A stretch of DNA of 64,000 nucleotides from Candidatus Latescibacterota bacterium (GTDB lineage Bacteria > Latescibacterota > UBA2968 > GCA-2709665): contig OZ250150.1 in NCBI GenBank assembly GCA_965237675.1, positions 4,352,001 through 4,416,000 of the forward strand, read 5' to 3'. Below, piece by piece: positions 40,090 to 51,225 of the stretch (within the stretch, counting starts at the first letter, position 1; each line of letters starts with the position of its first letter). The position numbers and the translations under genes were made by a program. The notes under the pieces were generated by a model. The model did no database searches. It saw only the letters and a list, made by a program, of their open reading frames with translations, and was not told the DNA's origin.

Positions 40090-40686
40090 TTACGACTCGG
40101 CAATTTGTCGCCAGACCGCCCGCGCTCGTGTCTCCAGTTCCGCCACCGTCCCGGTGTTTTCGATCACGTAGTCCGCGGCGTTCACCTTCTCCGATTCGGG
40201 CAGTTGAGACGCCATCCGGTCCCTGACTTCCGCCTCGGTCAGGCCCTTCCGTTCCATAGCCCGTTGAATCCGGATCGCCTCCGGCGCCGTGACGACCACC
40301 AGGACGTCGCACAGAGCGCGATGGTCGCCCCATTCCAGAAACAGCGCGGCGTCGATCACCACCGTCCGGTCCGGACACTCGTCGAGCGCGCGCCTGGAAT
40401 CCTCCCGCAACCTCCGCACCAGCGGCGGCCACACGATGGTATTCAGCCCGTCTCTTGCCTCAGCCGAAGCGAACGCGCGCCGCCCGAGTTCCCGCCGGAT
40501 CAGGTTCCCGTCTGCATCCAGAATAACCCCACCGAACGCCGTTGACAACGCCCGGAGGACCGCCGGATCCTCCGCCGACTGCCGCCCCACCCTATCAGCG
40601 TCGATCACCCACGCGCCTTCCTGGACGAAAAAACCACACACACAACTCTTGCCCGCGCCCATGCCCCCTGTCACGCCGACAATCAC
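40090..40686 (-). CDS. coaE: Dephospho-CoA kinase
   Basis: GVTGGMGAGKS, IDAD, RMASQ, ADYVIEN. Confidence 0.95.
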   Translation of the reverse strand: MIVGVTGGMGAGKSCVCGFFVQEGAWVIDADRVGRQSAEDPAVLRALSTAFGGVILDADGNLIRRELGRRAFASAEARDGLNTIVWPPLVRRLREDSRRALDECPDRTVVIDAALFLEWGDHRALCDVLVVVTAPEAIRIQRAMERKGLTEAEVRDRMASQLPESEKVNAADYVIENTGTVAELETRARAVWRQIAES

Positions 40687-41624
40687 GACCGATCTCCGGA
40701 TCGCCGCACCCGCAACCGCAGGCGGACCGGCAAGGCATCTTCGGGAGATTCCTCATCCCAGCGTTCGATGATCCGCCGGTTGCGGACCCGAACCGCCAAA
40801 AACACCCCGAGAAGCAGCAACGTCATGTAGAGCCAGAAAGCCTCCGCCGATGTCAGCAACGCCGCTGCGCTGAACCGACCCTTCGCATATTCGGTCCACT
40901 CCCGTTCAAACTTCCGCGGCGTGAGTCCGGTAATCCGGAACAACGCCACGTCAAATGAAACCCCGGACCCGAGCGAATGTACAACCTGCGCAACGGCGCC
41001 CGGCCCGCCCAGGTGAATCAGGTAAAGGACGGCCAGCAGGCTTTCCGTGTACGCCAGGCGCGCCCTTGAAGACGAAAAACCGAGGACCCCTTCGATTTCC
41101 CCCAGCGGAACCAGTCCGCCGGAGAAAATCGCATAGGAAACCTCGGTGCTTTCTCGAAATCGCCATTCCTGCGCGGCCCACATGGCCACGCCTTCGTCGA
41201 ACCAGCGTGGCACGCGCGCCCGCGCCAGGTGGTGCAACAGAATATGTGAGAGTTCGTGCCGGGCCGTCTTCAGGACCTGGCCGCGCTGCCCGTCCAGCAG
41301 GCGCAACACGGCGATCCGCTCAACCGGAAAGGCGCAACCCACCCCCCAGTGGGGAATTCGTCCGCGTGTGACGGCCTGAAAAAGCGGCTGCGAACCGGCT
41401 ACGTAAATTGTCACCGGGACATCGTGGCCGCCGCCCAGCTTCTCCGCAACCTCGGACCTCCCGGAGATCAGCTCATCCAGAAGCCCCCACGCCGACGCCC
41501 TGTCGATGTCCTGAAACCGAAGCGACAGTCCCTCCCGTTCGAGTTGCTCCCAACCTGCCGCGGATAGCGGGCGGCACGTCAGGCAGAACACCCAGATCAA
41601 CGGGCAGAACCGCCGCGCGTTCAT
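40683..41624 (-). CDS. Peptidase MA-like zinc metalloprotease with C-terminal TM helix
   Basis: Signal peptide, HELSH, VPRWFDEGVA, LAYTES. Confidence 0.8.
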   Translation of the reverse strand: MNARRFCPLIWVFCLTCRPLSAAGWEQLEREGLSLRFQDIDRASAWGLLDELISGRSEVAEKLGGGHDVPVTIYVAGSQPLFQAVTRGRIPHWGVGCAFPVERIAVLRLLDGQRGQVLKTARHELSHILLHHLARARVPRWFDEGVAMWAAQEWRFRESTEVSYAIFSGGLVPLGEIEGVLGFSSSRARLAYTESLLAVLYLIHLGGPGAVAQVVHSLGSGVSFDVALFRITGLTPRKFEREWTEYAKGRFSAAALLTSAEAFWLYMTLLLLGVFLAVRVRNRRIIERWDEESPEDALPVRLRLRVRRSGDRS

Positions 41625-42484
41625 CGCTTTTTCCTGTGACCCAGAAACTTGAAGAAGTCCGTGCGCAGGGGTAACACGACCGTGGTGTTGCCCTCCGTGA
41701 GCGTGCGTTCGTAGGCCTCGAGCGTGCGCTGGAACTCATAGAACCGCGGGTCTTTCTGGAATGCCTGCGCATAAATTGCCAGCGCCTCGGCATCGCCCTC
41801 GCCCCGGGTCAGTTGCGACTTATGAAACGCGTCGGACGTGATCCGCGTGACCTCCAGGTCGGTTTCGGCGCGGATCTTGAGGGCCGCCTCTTCGCCCTCG
41901 GCGCGATACTCCTTGGCCTGCCGGGCGCGCTCGGCCCTCATCCGGTCGAACACGTTCTTTTTGTTCTCCTCCGGCAGGTCGGCGCGTTTGACGCGCACGT
42001 CCACCACGTCCACGCCCAGTTCCTCGGCGTCCTGGCGCGATCGCTCCGTGACCTTATCCATAATCGCTTTCCGATTCCCGGAAACGATCTCAGTGAGCGT
42101 CCGCCGACCCAACTCCTCCCGCACGGCCGCATAGATGATATCGTCCAGGCGGGATTGGGCGCCGCGGACCGTCTGCACGGACTTCAGGAATTTCAGCGGG
42201 TTGACAATACGCCACCTGGCGAAATTGTCCACAATCAGGTTCTTTTTGTCCGACGTGTAAATGGGCGCCGGTTCGGCATCGCTATACAGCAGGCGGTCGT
42301 CGAAGGAGTGAAGCCGTTCGACAAACGGCACTTTCCAATGCAGGCCAGCGCTCTGGATGGTGCGCCTGGGCTCGCCCAGCCGGGTTACGACCACCTGTTC
42401 GCGCTCGTCCACCGTAAAGAGTACCGATTCGACCAGCAGCCCCGCCACCACGACCGCCACAATCAGTTTGATAATCAATTTCAT
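41621..42484 (-). CDS. hflC: FtsH protease modulator HflC
   Basis: GLHWKVPF, DKKNLIVD, RMRAER, DPRFYEFQRTL. Confidence 0.95.
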   Translation of the reverse strand: MKLIIKLIVAVVVAGLLVESVLFTVDEREQVVVTRLGEPRRTIQSAGLHWKVPFVERLHSFDDRLLYSDAEPAPIYTSDKKNLIVDNFARWRIVNPLKFLKSVQTVRGAQSRLDDIIYAAVREELGRRTLTEIVSGNRKAIMDKVTERSRQDAEELGVDVVDVRVKRADLPEENKKNVFDRMRAERARQAKEYRAEGEEAALKIRAETDLEVTRITSDAFHKSQLTRGEGDAEALAIYAQAFQKDPRFYEFQRTLEAYERTLTEGNTTVVLPLRTDFFKFLGHRKKR

Positions 42485-42501
42485 CGTTATTTCCCTTCAG
42501 T

Positions 42502-43488
42502 TTACTTCGGTTCAACGGATCTCGGCGCGTTGGGCTGCAAATTCAACAGATTCACAAAACCGCTCCCCTTGCCGTCGGACTCGATCACGAATTTCTCGAT
42601 ATGGGGCAGAATCTTCTCCATCGTTTCCAGGTAAAGCCGTAATTCGGTGACGTCTTTGGCCTTGCGGTACTCTGTCAGAATTTTCAGGAACCGCTCCGCG
42701 TCACCCAGAGACCGTTTGACCCGCTCGATCGTATACGCCTCCGCCCCCCGAAGCATTTTCTCGGCCTCGCCCCGCGCTCTCGGGATCACTTCGTTCTGAT
42801 AGGCTTCGGCCTCGTTGCGCAGCCGCTCTCTATCCTCCCGAGCGCTGGCAACGTCTTTAAATGCATGGTCCACCTCGCGCGGCACGGACACCGTCTGCAG
42901 CTTCACGTTCTCCACGTGCAAACCGATCTGGTAGAGTTCGAAGACGTCTTTAACCTGCTGCTCGATCTCACTCTGGATTTTGAATTTCCCTTCGGTGAGC
43001 GCTTCGTCAATCGCCGACCGCCCCACCACCTGGCGAACCGCCGCTTCCACCACGCTTCGGACGGCATGCGTCTGGTCCGCGACGTTGAACACATAGTCTT
43101 CAATGTCGCTGATTCGATACTGAACGATCAACTCGACGTTCACCATATTCTCGTCGCCGGTGAGCATGGACGCCTCCCGGCTCACGGTCTGATACCGGGG
43201 CGCCGGTTCCACAGCAATGGTCCGGAACCCGATCTCCACCCGCTTCACCTCACTCACCTGCTCGATTTCCACCGACTCGATCGGCCAGGGCAAACGGTAG
43301 TGAATACCGGGCTCCGATACCCCCATGCTACGTCCGAAACGAAACATCACCGCCTGTTCGGCCGGCTGCACGATGTAGATCCCGCTGGCAACCCACAACA
43401 GGACCAGAATACCCAGCCCGTAGTAGACCAGCCGAGGGCTGAAGGACAGGTCGAAGCTCGGCCGACCTGGAAAATCATACTGTTGCAT
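42502..43488 (-). CDS. hflK: FtsH protease modulator HflK
   Basis: MLTGDEN, AFKDVASAREDRER..NEA..Y, RLYLETME. Confidence 0.95.
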   Translation of the reverse strand: MQQYDFPGRPSFDLSFSPRLVYYGLGILVLLWVASGIYIVQPAEQAVMFRFGRSMGVSEPGIHYRLPWPIESVEIEQVSEVKRVEIGFRTIAVEPAPRYQTVSREASMLTGDENMVNVELIVQYRISDIEDYVFNVADQTHAVRSVVEAAVRQVVGRSAIDEALTEGKFKIQSEIEQQVKDVFELYQIGLHVENVKLQTVSVPREVDHAFKDVASAREDRERLRNEAEAYQNEVIPRARGEAEKMLRGAEAYTIERVKRSLGDAERFLKILTEYRKAKDVTELRLYLETMEKILPHIEKFVIESDGKGSGFVNLLNLQPNAPRSVEPK

Positions 43489-43568
43489 AGGACAAACCCC
43501 TCGAGAAAATTGTCGGCAACACCCTCACGGGATGCCGCCGGAAGGAGACAAAACGGCGTACGAACGTC

Positions 43569-44040
43569 TTATGGTAGATAATCACGGATCCGACCCATCT
43601 GCTCGACGCCCCGGAAGCAACACGTGATGCCCGCGACCCGGTTGGCAAACCGGCTCGCCGTGGCCACACTGACCGTTTGCAGAAACGACCACGTAAAACC
43701 CATCAGGAACGCGTCTCCACATCCGGTCTCGTCGACGGGAACATCCGCGGCCCTGGACGGGTAACGCTGGACTTCAACCGCGCCCCGCGAATTCCTTCGC
43801 GACCGAATCGGCCCCGTGTTCGCCGCGGGTAATCAACAGCGCCCTCGGACCCAGGGCCAGAACACGCTCGCCGAATTTACGGATGGCCTTTTCGCTATTC
43901 AGGGCCACGCCTCCCAGCGCGGCGGCACCCGAAAAAACCTGCGGCGATTCCTGTCGATTCCCAGCGTGAGACTATGCACGTCCAACAGCACGAGGCCGAG
44001 GGCCGCGCGCCGGAAGGCCTGCATCGTCTGGGGATAGTTT
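43569..44040 (-). pseudogene. PfkB-family carbohydrate kinase remnant
   Basis: Manual translation in several frames: LLDVHSLTLGID, LLITRGEHG, VDETGCGDAF..GF, ANRVAG. Confidence 0.75.
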
Positions 44041-44127
44041 TTGAATGTACCACAAATTCCGGTAGGTGTCAACCCCAATCCCCCGTCAATCGAACCGTCC
44101 GACTCCACCATCCGATCGCCGCCCTGG

Positions 44128-46209
44128 TCACCCCGCGTGCGCCGTCCGCCCGTCCAGGTTCACGGATTCCACGCACCGGCGCAACGCCTTATGGCTTTCG
44201 AGGTTCGGATCCTTGTCCAGAAGGCGGACCGCTTCCCCGCGGGCCGACCTGACCAGGTCCAAGTCCCGTGTCAGGTCGGCGAAGCGAAACTCGGGATATC
44301 CCGCCTGCCGGGTGCCGAAGATCTGCCCGGGCCCGCGGATCTTCAGATCCATCTCCGCGATTTCGAACCCGTCGCCCGTGGCGGCCATGGCTTCCAGCCT
44401 GGCTTTCGCGTCGGGGGTGACCTCGCCCTCCGGGTCGGCAATCAGGATACAATACGACTCGGCGGTCCCGCGCCCGACCCTTCCCCTGAGCTGGTGCAGT
44501 TGCGCCAGCCCGAAGCGCTCCGCGTGTTCCACCATCATCACCGTTGCGTTCGGAACGTCGACTCCGACTTCGATCACCGTCGTCGACACCAGCGCATCCA
44601 GTGCGCCGCTCCGAAACGCGGCCATTACCGCCTCCTTTTCCGCGGGAGGAAGGCGGCCGTGCAGCAACCCCAGCCGGAGCCCCGACAGGACGCCTCCACC
44701 CAATTCCTCGAATGCCGCCGCCGCGGCCTTGAAATCTCCCTCTCGGGATTCTTCAATCATCGGAAAGACGATATAGGCCTGCCCGCCTCCCGACACTTGT
44801 TCGCGCAGAAAGCGATAGGCTTTCGCCCGGTCCGCCGCCGTTCGCCACCCGGTCTTAACCGGCCTACGACCGGGCGGGAGTTCGTCCAGCACCGTCACCT
44901 CCAGGTCGCCATAGAGTGTCAAGGCCAGGGATCGGGGAATGGGTGTGGCCGTCATCACCAGCATATGGGCGCCGGCCTCCTTCTCCAGCAGCGCCGCCCG
45001 CTGCAGCACGCCGAATCGATGCTGCTCGTCCACGACGGCCAACCCGAGCCTGGCAAACGCCACCCCTTCATGCAGGAGTGCGTGGGTGCCCACCACGAGG
45101 TGGACACGTCCCGCCGCCAGGCCTTCCAGAATCTCGCGCCGCTCCCGCGCGCCCTGCCGACCGGTAAGGCACGCGACCGAAAGCCCCAGCCTCGCCGTGA
45201 GGGCGCGGACGGTCGCGGCGTGCTGCTCCGCCAGAATCTCGGTGGGGGCCATCATCGCCGCCTGCGTGCCGCCGTCAACCGCCGACAGCATGGCCAGCAC
45301 CGCCACCAGGGTCTTGCCCGACCCTACGTCGCCTTGCAGAAGCCGGCGCATCGGCCTGCCGCGGGCGAGGTCCTCGGCGATCTCGTGCAGGGCCCGTCGC
45401 TGGGCTCCGGTGGGCTCAAAGGGTAATGTTCCGATCAGTTGTCGGGACAGCGCGCCGCCTGCGGGAATGACGGGCGCCGGCCGTTCGTTCCGACCCGGCT
45501 GGGAAATCCGCAGCCGCAGCTGAAAGAATAGCAGTTCATCGAACGCCAGCCTCCGGCGCGCAGCCGTCACGTCTCTTCGGGAATCGGGAAAATGAAGCTT
45601 CCTCACGGCCTCGTCGAGTGGGAGTGCCTCGTTACGAACCCTCATCCGGTCCGGCAACGGATCCGGCACGTCCACGTCTTCCAGCGCCTGGTGGATGACC
45701 CTGCGCAGACCGCGGCTGGTGAGGCGCTCCGCTTTCATCCGCTCCGTTGTCGAATAGACGGGGATCACGCGCCCCGTATGGACCCGCGTTCCCTCGCCAC
45801 CCTCCGAGATCACCTCGACGTCCGGATGAACCATCTGCCGTTTTCGCCCGAATCGGCTCACCTTGCCCCCTACGGCCAGGACGTCGTCAGGCGCGAACGC
45901 GTGCCGGAGATATCGGTGCCCTGAAAACCAGACGCATTCCAGCGTTCCCGAATCGTCTTCCAGCACCAGAATGAACCGGGGTCGCCTGCCAGGAACCACG
46001 TCCCTGCTGCGAACCGTGGCGACCGCCGTGACCTCCGTGTCCGCCGGAAGATCCGCGATGGGCGACTGCCGCGTGCGATCCACGTACCGGTACGGAAGGA
46101 AAAGGAGGAGATCCGCAAGGGTTGAAATCCCGACCTCCCGCAGCAAACCCTCCCGTTTCGCGCCAATGCCGCGTACGGAGCTTACGGGACTCGCCAGATC
46201 GGGAAACAT
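44128..46209 (-). CDS. recG: ATP-dependent DNA helicase RecG
   Basis: LLQGDVGSGKT, DEQHRFGV, MTATPIPRSL, QLHQLRGRVGRG, DLKIRGPG. Confidence 0.97.
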   Translation of the reverse strand: MFPDLASPVSSVRGIGAKREGLLREVGISTLADLLLFLPYRYVDRTRQSPIADLPADTEVTAVATVRSRDVVPGRRPRFILVLEDDSGTLECVWFSGHRYLRHAFAPDDVLAVGGKVSRFGRKRQMVHPDVEVISEGGEGTRVHTGRVIPVYSTTERMKAERLTSRGLRRVIHQALEDVDVPDPLPDRMRVRNEALPLDEAVRKLHFPDSRRDVTAARRRLAFDELLFFQLRLRISQPGRNERPAPVIPAGGALSRQLIGTLPFEPTGAQRRALHEIAEDLARGRPMRRLLQGDVGSGKTLVAVLAMLSAVDGGTQAAMMAPTEILAEQHAATVRALTARLGLSVACLTGRQGARERREILEGLAAGRVHLVVGTHALLHEGVAFARLGLAVVDEQHRFGVLQRAALLEKEAGAHMLVMTATPIPRSLALTLYGDLEVTVLDELPPGRRPVKTGWRTAADRAKAYRFLREQVSGGGQAYIVFPMIEESREGDFKAAAAAFEELGGGVLSGLRLGLLHGRLPPAEKEAVMAAFRSGALDALVSTTVIEVGVDVPNATVMMVEHAERFGLAQLHQLRGRVGRGTAESYCILIADPEGEVTPDAKARLEAMAATGDGFEIAEMDLKIRGPGQIFGTRQAGYPEFRFADLTRDLDLVRSARGEAVRLLDKDPNLESHKALRRCVESVNLDGRTAHAG

Positions 46210-46545
46210 CCTCGTGCCTCTCGTGAATTCAAGGGAAAGAACGGACGCGGTGCCGCGTCCCGACAGACCCCGCCGCGGCACGCCGGCGTCGGACCTGCGC
46301 CGTGCGCGATACAGCGGATCTTGCGAATATAGATAATCCGCAAAAACCCGTCAAGAACCGGCGCCCCGCTACCGCCGATCGATACGGGGTGACCCGCTGC
46401 CGCATTTCTCTTGTTCCCGTCCGCATGGCGTGCTATCATGCAGCAGGATGCGGCCGGGCGGGTTTCTGCACAGCCCCGGCTCGCAAATGCTTTTCGCCTC
46501 AATCATTGCCGGCGACTCGATGGACCCGCCACGTGGAGCACGAAT

Positions 46546-47232
46546 ATGGAGCCCGGATCCATTCATGAAGCCGCGGGCAGAGGCGACCTGGACACATTGA
46601 AGAAAATCGTCGAGGAGAGGCCCTGGACGGTCGACCAGGACGACCGGCACGGATGGCGCCCCATATTCCACGCCGGACTGCGCCGCCGCCGCGATATTGT
46701 CCATTATCTGATCGACCGCGGCGCTGATCTGGCCGCTCACGACGGTTACGCGATGCACTATGCGGCCGAAGTGCCCGACAATAAAGACGTCGTGTCGTTG
46801 CTTGTCTCGTATGGCGCATTGGACGCGCATACGAAACCGGCAGGCGAACTCGCCCGCCAGCTCATCTACGCCGTGTACCTTGCCAACGCGCCCCGGATCA
46901 ACGCCATGCTTGATGCCGAAGCGTCGCTGGCGTGGGAGCGCTACTCGCGCGGGGATACGGCCCTGCACCACGCCACCCGAAACGGCGACCTGGAAATCGT
47001 CATACATCTGGTCGACCACGGCGCCGACGTCAATGCCACGTCGGACAACGGCCACTTCCCCCTGTACTGCGCCGCAGGACACGGCCATGCGGAAACGACC
47101 CGCTACCTTCTGGAAAACGGCGCGGATCCAGCGGCAGCGATGAACGATGGAAAGACGGTTGCGGAATGGTTGAAACAATATGTAAGTCACGACCATCGTC
47201 TGAGGTCCTGCCTCCAGATCCTGGAGACATAA
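46546..47232 (+). CDS. Ankyrin-repeat protein
   Basis: GDTALHHA...G.LEIV..LV.HGADVNA, PLYCAAGHGH. Confidence 0.88.
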   Translation: MEPGSIHEAAGRGDLDTLKKIVEERPWTVDQDDRHGWRPIFHAGLRRRRDIVHYLIDRGADLAAHDGYAMHYAAEVPDNKDVVSLLVSYGALDAHTKPAGELARQLIYAVYLANAPRINAMLDAEASLAWERYSRGDTALHHATRNGDLEIVIHLVDHGADVNATSDNGHFPLYCAAGHGHAETTRYLLENGADPAAAMNDGKTVAEWLKQYVSHDHRLRSCLQILET

Positions 47233-47897
47233 TCTGTCGCGGCGGCGCCGGGGCAGGGACGAACGGGTTTTCGGCGGCATTGCGCTCGCGCCAATCTCGC
47301 TTTCGTCGGAACCCGCGACGACGATCCGGAGGTTGTCGTTTCGATACCGCGAGTTCTTTTTGTTGCGTGGGCATAAATTTACTTGACAACGATTGCACCA
47401 TTTCTTTTATTACGGTAGTGTGAGAGTCCGTTGTGAACGCGCTATCGTATCCACTCCTCCCCCATATCCGTATAAGTCCTTGAGGTAATAGAACTTATCG
47501 CTCTGGTATTGCCGCGAGCCCTTCAGGGGTGCTTGTGTAAGTCGAGCCAAATTATCGATCGCCAATGCAGCAGAAGCGTGAGAATCGATGGAAAATGGGC
47601 CGGGCGGAAATACCGGGACCTGTGAATCACGCCGTCGTGCGATTCGTTCAACCGCGAGCCGATCTGCAAATCAACAGTTCAGATATCCCCAGGCAGAGCC
47701 GGAACATCCCCCGAGGTACCCTGGCAGAAAACAACCTCCGGCTCAAGACTGATGGCGCTCCGGAATCCGGAGAGCAGTTTTTGTGGGATGTTCGTGACGG
47801 GGAGGATTTCATTACGCTCACGCCGCCCCGTCGGTAACCGTTGCGACCGCGATTTGGTGCGGGCCGTGGCAAGTAACTAATATTCAGGGAGGTAGAC

Positions 47898-48227
47898 ATG
47901 GCAGGTAGAGTAATAGCAGGTCTCGTTGCTCTCGGTGCGATCATTGGGGGCCTGGCCGGCGACGCGGTCCTGGGCGAGGGCATCCTCGCGCTCGTGCTGG
48001 TTATCTTGGGTCTGGCCTATGCTGGCGTGGCGATCGACGCCGAAGACGCAACGGCCTACCTCGTGCTTGCAATTGCCGTCGGCGGCGCGGGCATGGCGAA
48101 CGTATTGGGCAGTATCCCGGGGATCGGCGAGAAACTGGACGCCATCGTCGATCTGGCCAGTATATCTCTGTATGCCGGTGTGGTTACCGTGCTCGCACAG
48201 AGGACGCTGAATCGCATCAAGGGGTAA
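47898..48227 (+). CDS. Small multi-pass membrane protein
   Basis: Strong RBS (GGGAGG), hydrophobic 109-aa ORF. Confidence 0.75.
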   Translation: MAGRVIAGLVALGAIIGGLAGDAVLGEGILALVLVILGLAYAGVAIDAEDATAYLVLAIAVGGAGMANVLGSIPGIGEKLDAIVDLASISLYAGVVTVLAQRTLNRIKG

Positions 48228-48488
48228 GAACCTCCAACCGATGAGTACCCTTTAACGGCAGTTTGGCCTCGGACAGCAGGATATCCGACCGCACCATCGC
48301 GCGGCGTCGCACAATTTATTCGCGCGCCGCCACAAGCCACTCCCCCGGGCGACACCAGGACGGAAGGATTCCTGCAACGCCAAAGACGGGAACAGAGGAT
48401 TCACCCAATCTGCCGGGAAGCGGTTGTAAGTAGGGATTCACACCGGTCACCGGATTTTCTGCCCTCAACGCCGGCGACTTCTTCGCAG

Positions 48489-48527
48489 ACACAAGACCCC
48501 CGGGTTTAATCCCTCGGGGGTCTTGTC
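48489..48527. terminator. Strong hairpin
   Basis: ACAAGACCCCCG...CGGGGGTCTTGT. Confidence 0.55.
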
Positions 48528-48833
48528 GTATCTGAACCAACCGGAACGGACGGTCGACGTCTGTCCCGCCCGTTCATGCAAAGTCAGCTTGGAGAATCCG
48601 GGCCGGACCGGTGGCGCTTCTCGACATTCCGACACCAACACGGTTCCGCCCCGGGCGCCTTCTTCCGCCTCCCAGGGAGTCCGGGATGGGCCGTCGGAAT
48701 CTGGCCGACGGCAGTCGGCGCAGCCGGCGGGAAACCGATCACCCCGTAAGCACCTCCCGCCGGGGCGCCTCGATCCCCCATCCACATCGACTTTTTCCCG
48801 GTTACGCCACGCCCGCACACGGAGAAACGTGCG

Positions 48834-51225
48834 ATGTCGCCCCATTGCCCTCTGCGAAATTCCATATTGGCACTTGCCCTGATTTTCGTCGGATGCCAGC
48901 CGGACGAAAAGGTGACGGTTTCCGGCGCGGTGACGAAACCGGGCGCGTACCGGTACGCCCCGGACAGACTGGCGGCGGATTATCTGGAGGATGCCGGCGG
49001 CGCAACCGAGGAGGCGCTGTTGGACGAGGCCCACGTGTCGCGCGTGCGTGCGGACACGTCCGGGGTGGCGGATATCGGAGACGTGACGATTCCGCTGTCG
49101 GAGAATCCTGAGATATCGCCTGGAGATGAGATTCGGATTCCCGGGCGCATTTATGACGTGCGGTTAGACACGGTTCGGCGCGTGGACGACGTCAGGCTGG
49201 TCGACGGGAATCGAATCTATCGGATTCCCTCGGGCGCCCTGGTGTCCGGGTGGACGGAACGCGGCGTCCAGGTGGCGCTGATGCTGGGACGCGGAAAGGT
49301 TTTCGAAACGCCCGATACGTCCAAGGCGGTGTCGGCCTTTCACTATCTGTACATCCATCTGCATCCCGGAGAATATCCGCGCCTGGCGCGATTTACCGGG
49401 GAAATCGTGGACAGTCTGGAGGCGCTCGAAGACGCCCACGCCATCCACAGGCGGGCTGTAAACTCCCTGGAACACCTGCGTGACGGAGGTCTGCAGCTTC
49501 CCGCCCCACGGGTATTGGCGCGTGATAGAGGGCTATTTCCTGGCCCCGAGGAGGACATCGCGTCCCGGGAGAGGCATGCGCCGGCGCCGGTTCAAGGACG
49601 GACGCGTGTTGACGACCTTTCCGGACGGGCGGCAGCGATGGCAGCACCCTGACGGGCGGGTCAGCTTGGCGTCACCGAGCGGCGCCACCGAAGACCGGTT
49701 TCCCGATGGACGAATCGTGTTCACCGACCGGTGGAAAAACGTGCGCACCACGTATCCCGACGGGCGGGTCAACGTGGCGTTTCCGAGCGGCGCCACCGAA
49801 GACCGGTTTCCCGACGGACGGATTGTGTACACCGACCGGTGGAAGAACGTGCGTACCACGTATCCCGACGGCCGTCGGGAATGGAGAATGGCGTCGGGAA
49901 GGCGGGTGGAACGGGCGACCGACGGTCGGATAGTCAGGCACAATGTGGACGGCGATTTAATTGAAAAGATGCCGGACGGCGGAACCCGCCGCGTTGCTCT
50001 GGACAGTTCGACATGGATTAAAGACGCCAACGGCGTGATCACATTGATCGGCGGGAAATCCCTGAAAAAGATATATCCAGACGGACGACATGTACTAATT
50101 ACGGAAAAAGGCGACGAAGTCACCACGTATCCGGACGGACGGCGCGTATCCCGTCTGGCCGATGGCACAGTCATTCATTTCGATCCCGCAGACAGTGTGG
50201 CCGCAAGGCCCGCTTCGCGACAGGCGGCGGGCATCCCGGTGGAGAAAGATCCCCGGGGGACGCCGCGCGAGGGTGTCACGTCGATTTGGAGCGGCGACGG
50301 CCGGTTGGCAACCCGCGGAGAGGGAAGTTTGCGCACCGTCCGCCCCGACGAATATACGACCTCAAAAGGGGGGACCCGGGAGACGTTTCCCGATGGGCGA
50401 CGGGTCGAGTCCGATCGCATCGGCCATACGATTACCTCCTGGACCGACGGGAGAAAGGAAGTCCGGATGCCCGTCGCTTACGGTTATCCGGGTCAGTTGA
50501 AAACAGGCCTGGCAACGGTCGACCGGCTTCCGAAGGCGGTCGCCGTCGGCGAAGAACTGACCGTGTCGGGACAGATCCATGGCGAGGTGGAAGATATAAA
50601 CGTGATAGCATTTCTCGTACCCGACGGAGACGCGATCAAAGGCGACGTACGCAGGCGGGGACGGCGGTTTCACGCGCGGTTCCGGTTCGGCGAGGCGGGG
50701 CATTGCCGCGTTCAGGTTCAGGTTGTATTGCCCAGAGCGCGCACGTATACGGTTTCCCACCAGTCCGTGATTGTCGGCAATCCCGATGACCTGGAAGGCG
50801 AAGTCCTGGAAATTGCTCCTTATCCGGGGGACGAGGCCGCCCAGTTGTTTCTGATCGATCGAATTAACGCGGCCCGGAAGCGGATTCGACGCGGTTCGGT
50901 ATTTCCACATCCCGAGTTGATGCACGTGGCGCGCATCCGGCTCGAAGAGATGCTTGCGATGGGTTATATATCCCATTTTTCCATGACAGGATTGGACGTG
51001 GGATGGCATGCGGCCTACCGCCGGTTGCCCTTCCACCACGTGGGTGAAAATGTGGCGAGGACGCGTTTTGTCGAAACGATGCACGCCGGCTGGATGCTGA
51101 GCGCGGGGCACCGTGCGAATATCCTGGCGAAGCACTGGACGCATGTGGGGGTGGCGGTTGCCGAAGCGGAGGGATCGGTCTGGGGCGTTCAGGTATTCGC
51201 GCGGCGTTTCGACCGGGGCCCTTAG
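48834..51225 (+). CDS. Lipoprotein with SLBB domain, PDG beta-hairpin repeats (TCP10/CPAP G-box-like) and C-terminal CAP/SCP domain; single-base frameshift near 49500
   Basis: Lipobox FVGC; VTVSGAVTKPGAY..AGG (SLBB); many [FY]PDG repeats; INAAR, GYISH, GENVA, WMLSAGHRANIL (CAP); removing one C in CTTCCCGCCCC joins the two ORFs. Confidence 0.7.
49648..49871 (+). repeat. Intragenic tandem duplication, period 108 bp (36 aa)
   Basis: PSGATEDRFPDGRIV[FY]TDRWKNVRTTYPDG twice. Confidence 0.9.

Noticed and set aside
48380-48470. Cobalamin riboswitch (CGGTGTGAATCC on minus strand)
   Set aside because: Other conserved elements (B12 box) are absent and no suitable downstream gene is present.
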